A stretch of DNA of 64,000 bases from Laetmonice hystrix (taxonomy: Eukaryota): NCBI GenBank assembly GCA_965235115.1, contig OZ249446.1, positions 2,356,001 to 2,420,000 of the forward strand, in the 5' to 3' direction. Positions 12,808-24,200 of this stretch are shown piece after piece. Within the stretch, counting starts at the first letter, position 1. Every line of letters begins with the position of its first letter. The notes under the pieces were generated by a model that saw only the letters and a program-made list of their open reading frames with translations, was not told where the DNA came from and ran no database searches. The position numbers and the translations under genes were made by a program.

Positions 12808-13238
12808 TTACAAGCACCTAAATGAGACACGACCGTGCAAGATGTAGGCCTATGTTGGAAACAAAGCAGAAGAAAAAAGTGGATTGCCATTCCACATGAA
12901 AGAGAAGAGGGGCAATCTATCGGATCGTTATATGTTAAACTGGAAACCTGACAGTGACATTTCAGAATCCCTTTATGGAGGAGCGGGATTCAGAAATGTC
13001 GGGTTTCCCAATGTAGCCTATGTTTTCAGAAAAAGGGTTTTAGAAGAAAATAACTGGATGATGTAGACTCTATGTTTAATTGATCTGCTCTTCTGAAGTT
13101 TTCTGATTCTGAATGGCCCCGTTTTGTACAGTGATTCTAGGTTGGTGAACAACACGAATGGTGTCTTCATTACACAGACGCACACTTCCAGAAAGGATAT
13201 CAAAAAGGCCTATTAGGCCTATGTCAGTGTTGGGAGGA

Positions 13239-14268
13239 CGTAGAGATATGACAGTGATTCCACAGGTTTGGGCACATCACAACTCGCGTAGGCCTATATG
13301 GTGCGCAACGGCGCAAAGTAGTTCATAGATCGTCGACGTATTCGGCCTAATGCGGGATTATTCATCGAGAAAGATGGATAATTTCCGAAGATTTGCAGTC
13401 TCGATCGTTCTTAGTAGCCGCGACACATTCAGTTTTGCAGTATTTATGAAATCATACGACTTTACTTGCTTGCATCAACATTAAGAAATGACCGTCGTCA
13501 TACGCCCGAAGGAATCCCGAGGGAATCCCAAGTGAGACAGCGCATCCGTGGGACAAACGTTGGCCTCCGTCTGACGATAAACAATGCCTTAACAGGAATG
13601 TCAACATCTAAAAAAGTATCTATAGAGACCTAAATAGATTTTCTCTGGTGTCTAATCCACTTGTCAGAGGTATCAAGCGAAGATCTGTTTTTAAACAAGT
13701 CAGACACTGCTTGTCTTTCACCTTTGTCGGTGTGTCGGCCGTCGCTATTTTGACCACGTTGTGTCACGTGATAAAAGAAGATCCAACATGGTGACGACTA
13801 TGCGAGGGCCGATAGCCTGGTGTCCGGTCTATAGAGCCTAGTGAAGGCTAATCGAAGCGAGCATTGTGATTGGCCCATCGAAAACATGGACGCAAACGAG
13901 GTAGTTCCGTACCCTCCGTATTTCTCCAACAAGATACAGATATTTTCGTCAATCCCTTTAAAATACAAGTGTTAAATGTCCTCGCTTTTCTGGATGTAAA
14001 CATAGCGTCATCGGCCCCCCACACCTGCTACGGTGTGCATACGAATGGGCATGTTGGCCACTCCCGGCCACTCATAAGCAGAGGTCGGGCACTCTGTTGA
14101 CGCTGATCAACGGAACGGAAGCGGAAGTGCTTGGAGTTTACTCACTTCCGTTTCGTGGCTTTCTGACAGCCAGCACCTGGCCTAACATATAGCGGATGGT
14201 AGGCACAGGGGACCAGGCTAGAGGGCCGAGAGGATCTGGCCCGGACAGTCCCGAGGTGGGCCGAATGA
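13239..14268. mobile_element. Unclassified dispersed repeat, copy 1 (carries a nested insertion at 13813-14220)
   Basis: Colinear with 33522-34115 from CGTAGAGATATGACAGTGATTCC to GTGGGCCGAATGA, apart from the insertion. Confidence 0.8.
13813..14220. mobile_element. 408-bp non-autonomous DNA transposon, AcademH-like
   Basis: Termini TAGCCTGGT...ACCAGGCTA; perfect 9-bp TSD GAGGGCCGA (13804-12, 14221-29); paralogous empty site near 34068-34076. Confidence 0.75.
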
Positions 14269-14493
14269 TAACAGAAGCTGCGTGCAATGGCTGATGGGAG
14301 AGTGAGCTGTGATAATACACTGGTAAAAAATGGCAAGTTCGCTTGCAATTGTTAGCACCAGGTGGCGGCACGGATCCACCTAAAATCACATAAAAATTGG
14401 AGGCGGGTGACACAGTTCAGTCATAGAGTAAGGTAATCTGAATAAATAAGGGCTAAATTAAACACGGTTTATCCGTAGCCGTTTCAATTGCTG

Positions 14494-14690
14494 GGAATGC
14501 TACATGAGATTAGAATGCTATATGAGAGAGAAACTACATGGGAACCCATTGCCTGGGAATGCTACATGAGATTATAATGCTATATGAGAGAGAAACTACA
14601 TATGGGAACCCATTGCCTGGGAATGCTACATGAGATTAGAATGCTATATGAGAGAGAAACTACATGGGAATGCTACATGGGAATGCTACA
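14494..14690. repeat. Short tandem repeat of about 62 bp, about 3 copies
   Basis: Unit GGGAATGCTACATGAGATTAGAATGCTATATGAGAGAGAAACTACAT... Confidence 0.85.
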
Positions 14691-15260
14691 TAATAAATGA
14701 GAGGCACCGTGGATAATATAAAACAATGACATTATTAACAAATCTAGCAAGACTAGTAAGATGCTTTATACTTTTCACATTATATAACTGAGCCATCTTA
14801 ATATTATTTGGTGTTCTGCTGTAATACTTCTGAACATATCTCCTACAGCCTGACACTAAAAGTGGAGTGCCGCGTGGGCCCCCATTCATGCGCCAGGCAT
14901 CGAGTTCCATACTTTTCTGTCGTGAAGGAACCGAGTCCCGTCAATCAACTTCCAGATCCTAACGATCGTGAAAGGCAGGGGTGCATCCAGGATTTTGATG
15001 AGGGGGGGGGGGGTATTCAACCCCCCTGAATTCCCCTCCCCCATGGGCCAATGAAAGGCTGTCATTCTTGTTTACGCAACGCGAATGGCCTAATTTATAA
15101 TACATGTTCCTGTGCCTCCATAGTTGCCCCCAAACCCTGGCGGTGGTTTCGGAGGGAGGGTGGGTGTGTAGGTAACTCTCTACATACGCCAGTCCATGTG
15201 GAACCGTAGCGTGGCCAACATTAAAAATACGCTCCGTTTTCCTCACTTCTAAGAGTTGAG

Positions 15261-18200
15261 ATGTTGATGTACGATCACATTGATTCTAATACCTCGGATG
15301 TGAACTCCTCACCTACAGGAACGTACCGTGGAGGCACAGGAGGTCCTCCTGGCGATGACGGGCACATGGAGCAAAATGAGGATCAGTTTGACCCGACCCG
15401 TGGGCGTCCCCCTGACAGACACAGACCTTTGAGGAGATCAAGGTCCCTGGGCAGACACAGGGACCGAGACAACCTCATCCCGGACAGACAGACATCGCGT
15501 AGATCAAGATCTCTGGAGAGATACCCGGACAGAGGTGGACCTAGATACCCTGAGGGAAACAGAGATGGATATCCCGACAGATACATGCATGACAGATCTA
15601 CAGACAGATACCCGGACAGAGGTGGACCTAGATACCCTGAGGGAAACAGAGATGGATATCCCGACAGATACATGCAGGACGGATCTAGAGACAGATACCC
15701 GGACAGACACAGATACCCGGATAGATACCCAGACAGGCATAGATACCCGGACAGGTACCCGGACAGGTACCCGCCTCGGTACTCGGACAGATCCATGGAC
15801 AGGTACCCGCCTCGGTACTCGGACAGATCCATGGACAGGTACCCGCGGGACGTTGGGTCCAGACGACGACATCATCATGGTGATGATGACGACGACGATT
15901 CCGGTTTATGTCGGCCGATCCGCGCGTGCAGTGACGCCATCCAGAGGACCATGGAACGCGCATTTTACTGGTAACTATCTTTATAGGAGGGTCCTTTTCA
16001 AAGGATAGAGATGGTCTTTACCAAGAATAGAAATGGGTCTTTATCAAGGATAGGGAGGGTCCTTTACCAAGGATACAGAGGGGACTTTACCAAGGGAGGG
16101 GACTTTACCAAGGATACCGAGGGGACTTTACCAAGGGAGGGGACTTTACCAAGGATACAGAGGGGCCTTTACCAAGGATACAGAGGGGACTTTACCAAGG
16201 ATACAGACGGGACTTTACCAAGGGAGGGTCCTTTACCAAGGATACAGAGGGGACTTTACCAAGGGAGGGGACTTAATACCAAGGATACGTCAGTCCGGTA
16301 TAACAGTTTCAAGTCCCCCCCCCCCCCATTCAACAAACCTCCCGGTCATCTGAACCTAGAAAAGGACAAAATATTTCTGACTAACCCTAACCCTACCTCT
16401 AAAACTAAACCTAACCCTAGGTGGGGGTATACTGAACAGGGGGTATAGATCTGACCTATTACCAGCACCCCCTTTTATAACGTGGGCAACATGCCAAATT
16501 CCACAGCCATCTCTATTCTACCCACGCTCCATTCTCCTCAGCCGTGAAGAAAAGCATAGAAACTGTGATTGAATCGGTAAGGAGAGATACTTAACTGATG
16601 TTGGCCTGGAGCATCATAAAAGTAAACTTTTTTTTAGAGAGAGGAGACCGACTCTCATCGTTCACCAGTAACGCGATAAACCTTTAGAAATGTTCTCTCT
16701 TATACACATATAAGGGGCTCATGTATGCGTTCTACAATCCATTAAAGGGAAATGTTGATGTTCAAAGCGCTACCTAGTGAGTCGCGTTGGTACCACTGGG
16801 GAAATGTCAGTATTCAAAGCGCCGCGTAGTGAGCTTTAACAGAAAAGTGGCTTATTTATGCAGTCAACTAGTTTGATGTGGAAATCAGTAGTATTTTTTA
16901 AACCATGAACCAAACTGTATGCCAGAACCTGTCTACTACATTGAATGCTATAGTTAAGACCCGTGTTTTACCAAGGCACTGACTGTTGGCAGGCTGTAAC
17001 TTTTTTTTAAATTCGGTGACCCCCAATTTTTTTTGTTTTTAACTATTAGTCCTGATCCACTTTATTTTGTCATCGAGTTTCAGGAGAAAATCAGTGGTCG
17101 TTTTTAAACTATTAGTCAAAATGTCTGAAAAATTCCGTTTTCCCCATTGAAACCTATAGTAAAGACCCATTTTTACGGAGGCCTGTATAAAAAAAATATA
17201 ATTCGGTGACATGCGATTTTGTTTTGTTTCTTTGTACTCCTAGGGACAAAGGCTATCCCTCATAAAACATATTTTGAAAATTCCAGTGGTCGATTCGAAC
17301 ACATTTCCCTTTAAGCCCGCATTAGTACAATCCCAGTGTATATTGAGTAGTTCACATTAAGAAATGCTCCGTATTTGGTGGCTTGGTTCCACCTGGGTGA
17401 CAGCAGTTACACAGCAGCCGTTAATGAGTGGTAACACCCTCCATGCTTCACCACCCCATCCTGGGCTAGCCGTGGCCCAGTCTCCCTTTGTGAAAACGGC
17501 ACTATGAAAGCGGAGGTAAATAGGTAACCGAATAACGCCCTTTCCTCTGAAATGACAACCTAATTGTTAGCAAACATGCTATGTTTATAGGATTGAAACC
17601 GTAATATTAGCGAACGTGTACACCCTAATCTCGCTCTGTATTTTCTATGTGTGTGTGTGGAGGGGGTGCGTGTGTGTGGGTGTGTGCAGCTCTCGCCCGG
17701 CCATACAGGTATGCTATAAGAGTCGGGCAGGTTATGCGTTAAGACAGGTGTGCTGGAATATATCCAAGATGCAGACCATTGATTCCATCAATCCGTGACG
17801 ACGGTCTGACATATATACCAGCAGTACATCCCGTGGTACGCCGTCAGCGTCAGCACCCTGAAAATGTATACAAAAGAAAGAACAGGAAAAAGAAAGAAAA
17901 CAACATTTAAAATTGTGTTCGTGTAGTGATATCAAGATACAGCCTTCTATCTTTTCTCTATGGGATCGATTAAATACCAAGATTTAAGAATAACCAAGAA
18001 ATTGGAGCAATTAAATGCCAAGATTGGACAATAACCAAGAAATTGTAACATTTATTACCAACATTTGTCATGAAGAAATTGGTCGGCTACCGTGGTAACC
18101 GCTGTAAAGTAGGCCTAGCTCATACATGACATCAATAGGTCTAATATTTGTATCCTTGTGCAGCACTACGTACACCGCTGAAAGAGTTCTACCATATTGG

Positions 18201-21200
18201 TACGGGACTCTTTGGCACAGACACAAAGCGTGCCGAGTGAATGCTACAAGTAGTATCTATACCTGGCTTTCCTAACTTGGCAGCGCATAGGCCACGTTTG
18301 CTGCTCCAAAAGCTAAGGCTCGTTTCCCATTTTTTTTTCTCCTGTATAATTATCTCTAGTCATTCGATGTATTGTTTCACTTCATGGCGCCCAACATGTG
18401 GCGTTGGTTGTATGTTTTTGCTCAAGCGAAGCGTGTCCGAACTCATGTCATGTCTGAACTCATGTCATGTCACAACTCATGTCATGTCTGAACTCATGTC
18501 ATGTCACAACTCATGTCATGTCATGTCTGAACCCATGTCATGTCTGAACTCATGTCATGTCACAACTCATGTCATGTCTGAATTCATGTCATGTCACAAC
18601 TCATGTCATGTCTGAACTCATGTCATGTCTGAACTCATGTCATGTCTGAACTCATGTCATGTCATGTCTGAACCCATGTCATGTCTGAACTCATGTCATG
18701 TCACAACTCATGTCATGTCTGAATTCATGTCATGTCACAACTCATGTCATGTCTGAACTCATGTCATGTCTGAACTTATGTCATGTCACAACTCATGTCA
18801 TGTCACAACTCATGTCATGTCACAACTCATGTCATGTCACAACTCATGTCATGTCTGAACTCATGTCATGTCACAACTCATGTCATGTCTGAACTGATGT
18901 CATGTCTGAACTCATGTCATGTCACAACTCATGTCATGTCACAACTCATGTCATGTCTGAACTCATGTCATGTCACAACTCATGTCATGTCACAACTACA
19001 GAAACAGGTATGTAGTCACAACTACAGAAACAGGCCGACCACGTACCCAGACAGGGGCGTAACCAGAGGGGGGCAGGGGGCGAGCCAGGCTGGCCTCCCG
19101 GTCGCCCTCCTACAAATTTCCTTCGCCCCCCCCCCCAATTTTCAACTCTGCCTCCTCTTGCCGCCACCCCCCCCCCCCCCCTCCCCCAAAGAAAAAGAAA
19201 CCCAACAAGTTACGCCACTGCGTGACGTGACCTATATAAGCGTAATATATAATCTGATGTGTATTTTAGTCATGTGTGTGTGCTCGCGTGTGTATTGAAA
19301 GTAGACCTATACGTTTTTATATGAGACATATGTTTATCAGGGATATTTTTATCGGGGGGAAGGGGGCATTGTCCCCTTGAATTTTGACAACCCCAAAAGG
19401 TCCAGAATTTGGGAGGCATAGATCTATGTCGGAAAGGAAGGTCCACAATTGTGGATGCTTTGTGAAATATCATGGACCTCTGAGCCATGCGCCAGAGAGA
19501 AAGGTCCATAACTTTGGATATTTTGTAAAATATTTGGACCTCTGACATTGTTTCACGTTGCCATCCAGTGCAGGAAACGCTTAACTTAACCTTGCCTTTA
19601 ACTGCGCCATTCCTCGGCTCCATTGCGGCCTTACTTTTCATTGGAGTAATGGTCTATGAATTCTTCCTTGTGCCCTTCTCAGGAGCCAAGGTCAGCATGG
19701 AGAGAACTGGGTGATAATATTTACACATCATGTTGCTGTGTCCTGCAGACTTTCAGTGTCCAAAGATCTAAGATGGATCATTACAAATGTGCATGGCAGC
19801 ATAGCCAGTACGTCTGAGGCTACCTCTTCTGGCCTAGTTATAAGTCTGAGAGAAGTCTTCTGGGGCATGCCCTAGGACCTCGTTACAATTAACACCTCAC
19901 TTCGACCTGATTTCACAGTCTGGTTACAGGTGCCATGTTTGTGGTTGAATCTCACCCGCAATGTCGTGCGATTAATGACCTTCTATACGTTTTGTGTTGA
20001 AGGATTGGTTTTCGTGTGGCGACCTATCCTGGATATGTTATGGCCATCGCAGGAATCATCGCATTATCGCTCGGCACTGGCGCCATCTTCCTGGAACAGG
20101 AGAACCAACCGGAAGTACTCTGGCTTCCCCCTGACTCTCGGGCAGAACGAGACTACCTGAATTCGCAGAAACTCTTCCCGACCCAGTTCCGAGCAGAGCT
20201 GGTTATTGTCACTGATGATAACGTGCTCGAACCATCTGTTATACTAGCGGTAATAGCCAAGCGCTGTGTATTTCATGTTCTCATGTTCGTGATGCCACAT
20301 CTGACACGACACGATACGACACGACACGACATTATGTTTGCTCTTCTAAAAAAAATATATTTAGAGCTTTTTATAATCGAGTGTCATCACATCGTGTCGC
20401 GTTCGGTGTCGGTCCTGCTTTTATATAACGCCTTTAGTGTTGGTGCCATGTACGCCTTTAGTGTTGGTGCCATGTTTTATATAACGCCTTTAGTGTTGGT
20501 GCCATGTTTTATATAACGCCTTTAGTGTTGGTGCCATGTTTTATATAACGCCTTTAGAGTTGGTGCCATGTGCGCGAAAAAATCAATATTACGGTGTTAA
20601 AAGAATACTGGTGCCACAATGCTGTAATCATGGTCTCAAAAGGTCATAACATTAAAAGAGACGTCTCTAATAGGACTAGATTTCTATTGAGGCAATGGCA
20701 TCTTATGGAGCTCTCCCTGCATCCAGTACTGCGTTATTGTTGGTAAATGTATACCGTATCTGAATGCCTTCGTAAGGTCAGCTTTAAACTAATAATCAGG
20801 GTAGTAAGATTTGTTTACGGGGGGGGGGGTGATCTGGGGCGGAGGGTGAAACTCATTGAACGCCGACGGCTTCATTACAACTCGATGACGGGACTGTCAG
20901 GGTGGAACCTCTGGATCCGGCGCGATGGGGGGGGGGGGGGGGGGGGGGTCCGATCCCCCATCCCCCTGGCTCTGGGCCTGCAGTATTCTTTGTGGTGAGG
21001 GTGGGGAATAAAGGAGGCCAGTGTCAGAGACAACAATTATTGACCCTTAAGTCAGTTAGGTCCGCATAGTTTCTTACCTTTGTGCACCTCCCGTAGAAAC
21101 AGCTTAAAGAAGGTTAAGGCACTGGCAGGGAGTGAGGACGGTTAGCAACGCTTGACAAATCGTCATATATCCCTATATGTGTGAGTTCCACATGCCTTCA

Positions 21201-24200
21201 ACTCACCCAACCATACAGAAAACATCCTTACATATACATATAGTAACACACAATAAGTGTCACGTTAACTCCTTGTATGTTTTAGGAGGTAAACTGTAAA
21301 GAAAGATCAGGTAGGCACTTAAAAAAGGATTTCTTGGTACAAAGAGAGCCTCACCATAGAATATAATTTCCCCCTTTCGCTTCTTGTTTAAATTTGAAAC
21401 AGATGTACGAGTTGGACAGACGTTTGAGGGAGATCAATCAGAACGAAACGGACGGATCCGACTGGGAATCGCTCTGCATAAGGTAACTGGAGGTGATACA
21501 TTATACACAGGAGCTAATGGTGCATTATACCATAACGTATAAGATTGCAAGTATTAGAGCATAATGCACTGTTAGCATGCGGTGTCACTCCCGGTTTTGT
21601 CTCGATTCCAATAATTTGATTGTATGTTAGAGCAAGGTGCTATACACCTCCTGCACATACGGGGAAATCCTCCGGCGTCATACCTGGTGGAGATATTCTA
21701 AGTTCTATTGGCCACTATCAGAAGTAGGTAATTTCAATAGAACAGCCAGCATTATGCAGGAATGCCCTGTGTTATTTTCCCGGTCTACTGACCATGCCCA
21801 CCATGCTGGTTGTTCCATTGAAATTACCTACTATTGACAGTGGAATATCATGCTGAGAAACCCACAGCCATCCCAGCAGAAGTTATAACTATGGAGTCGC
21901 TCTACCAAAACGGGAACCTTTTTTCATTTCCCCGATCGGATGAATATGTTGGCCTGGTATAATTGCCCCATGGTGATGGCTTGAGCTCCACTATTTAAAG
22001 TTCAAAACTATTCTCACCAATGTTTGTGGTATAACAGCGGGGGAGTCCTTCGATTCCTTTCACTGTACTGGCCCTCGTTTCTGCTCTGTTTCCCTGCTGC
22101 TGAATCATTGTGCTCCACAACGTCACTGTGTTGTTTACATGTCCTTCAGACTTGGGTCAAGGTGCTTTGGTACCAGCCTCCTCGAGTTGTGGAGCTTCGA
22201 TGAAGGTGTCATTCGCAACTTAACAAAACAGGATGTGATAACAACCGTCAACACTGTTACTGTAAGGCGAGTAAAATATAACATAAATACATACATTATG
22301 TTAATGATCGTCAACACTGTTACTGTAAGGCGAGTAAAATATAACATAAATACATAAATTATGTTAATGATCGCCAACACTGTTACTGTAAGGCGAGTAA
22401 AATAAAATATAAATACATAAATTATGTTAATGATCGTCACCACTGTTACTGTAAGGCGAGTAAAATATAACATAAATACATACATTATGTTAATGATCGC
22501 CAACACTGTTACTGTAAGGCGAGTAAAATATACATGTAACATAAACACATAAATTATTTTACTGACCGTCAACACTGTTACTGTAAGGCGAGTAAAATAT
22601 AACATAAATACATAAATTATGTTAATGAGCATCAACACTGTTATTGTAAGGCGAGTAAAATATAGATCTACATGTAACATAAACACATAAATTATTTTAC
22701 TGACCGTCAACACTGTTACTGTAAGGCGAGTAAAATACAACATAAACACATAAATTATTTTACTGACCGTCAACACTGTTACTGTAAGGCGAGTAAAATA
22801 AAACATAAATACATAAATTATGTTAATGAGCATCAACACTTATTGTGAGGCGAGTAAAATACAATATAAACACATAAATTATGTTAATGAATGAAATTTG
22901 ATTATAGTCCCTGGTTTGGTGGCGCTTATGACGTCACTAGAGTTCTTGGCGTCATCACCCGGAATAGCAGTGGCGCTATCGTTGGCGCGGAAGCAGCGCA
23001 GATGAACTATTTCATTAAGCGCAATGAGACGGAAGTGGATGGAAAGCTAGTGAGTTGGTTGATATTCTTAGTGCTACAATAATGTTATTATGACCAAATT
23101 AGGTCTCCTGTTTTAACATAATAGCAACTGTTAAAGTGCTTCGACAATCCTAGATCAGAGAGAGTATTTTCTTCGAAGTGTTTTCTGAGAGTCCTCAGAT
23201 GATTCAGTTTTAAGTGAGAAACTGTTTTGTTTTGAACAGCCTGGACGTGATATTGCTCGAGATTTTGAACAACAGATGCTTGACATTCTGGACGCTGGTC
23301 AGGATGGAATTAAACAACTTTATTACTACACAGAACGAAGGTCAGCTGTCAGCCTCATGTCCGTAGAGTCTAAAGGTTGGGCATATAAAAACAAATAGTT
23401 GTAAAAGTGGAATCATACTGACGAAACAGTTGCTGTATGTCACAGATGCGAGACATCCTGTGAACGAATATCCCTTCGGTAAATCTCAAATAGTACTGCA
23501 GAAAGATTGTGCAATACGGTTAATCTGTGGTACATTGGTAAGTTTGGTACGGGTAAGACAAGTGACCGTTTTCACCCCTACAGTTACCAAGACGAGTTTT
23601 CTGATCGGAATCAATTCGAGGCGCTCATACTGCTCGGGGTGGGGTACAGCCTCATGGGGGCTTTTGTTATTACTGCCTTGGGCAGGTTCAACCGCCTTCA
23701 GCACCGGGTAGGTCGACCATAGTCACAGCTCACCCCATTCTTAATATGTATAATAACTTTATTTCATATATACTTCATGGAGTGAATGCAGATAAGGAAA
23801 TATACATGTAGTTAGCAGTTACATGCAGTTAGCAGTTACATGTAGTTAGCAGTTACATGTAGTTAGCAGTTACATGTAGTTAGCAGTTACATGTAGTTAG
23901 CAGTTACATGCAGTTAGCAGTTACATGTAGTTAGCAGTTACATGTAGTTAGCAGTTACATGCAGTTAGCAGTTACATGCAGTTAGCAGTTACATGTAGTT
24001 AGCAGTTAATTTTATCGTTCTAATAGCAAACATTATTATTGTTTATAAGCTCTGTTTTTGCCGCTCATTCTCGATCCTATATCAGCATGTTAGTTGTATG
24101 CGTTACCATTGCAGATTTACCTGTCCATAGCTGGGCTCAGCACTGTGGGTATGGCTCTCATACTGGCTATGGGTACAGGCTACTACCTGGATATCTTTTA

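Noticed and set aside
15383-16008. Antisense and alternative-frame ORFs over patched exon 1
   Set aside because: Shadows of a repetitive coding exon.
22135-22839. 234-aa hydrophobic minus-strand ORF
   Set aside because: Arises from the 63-bp repeat having a period divisible by 3; it is intronic and antisense.
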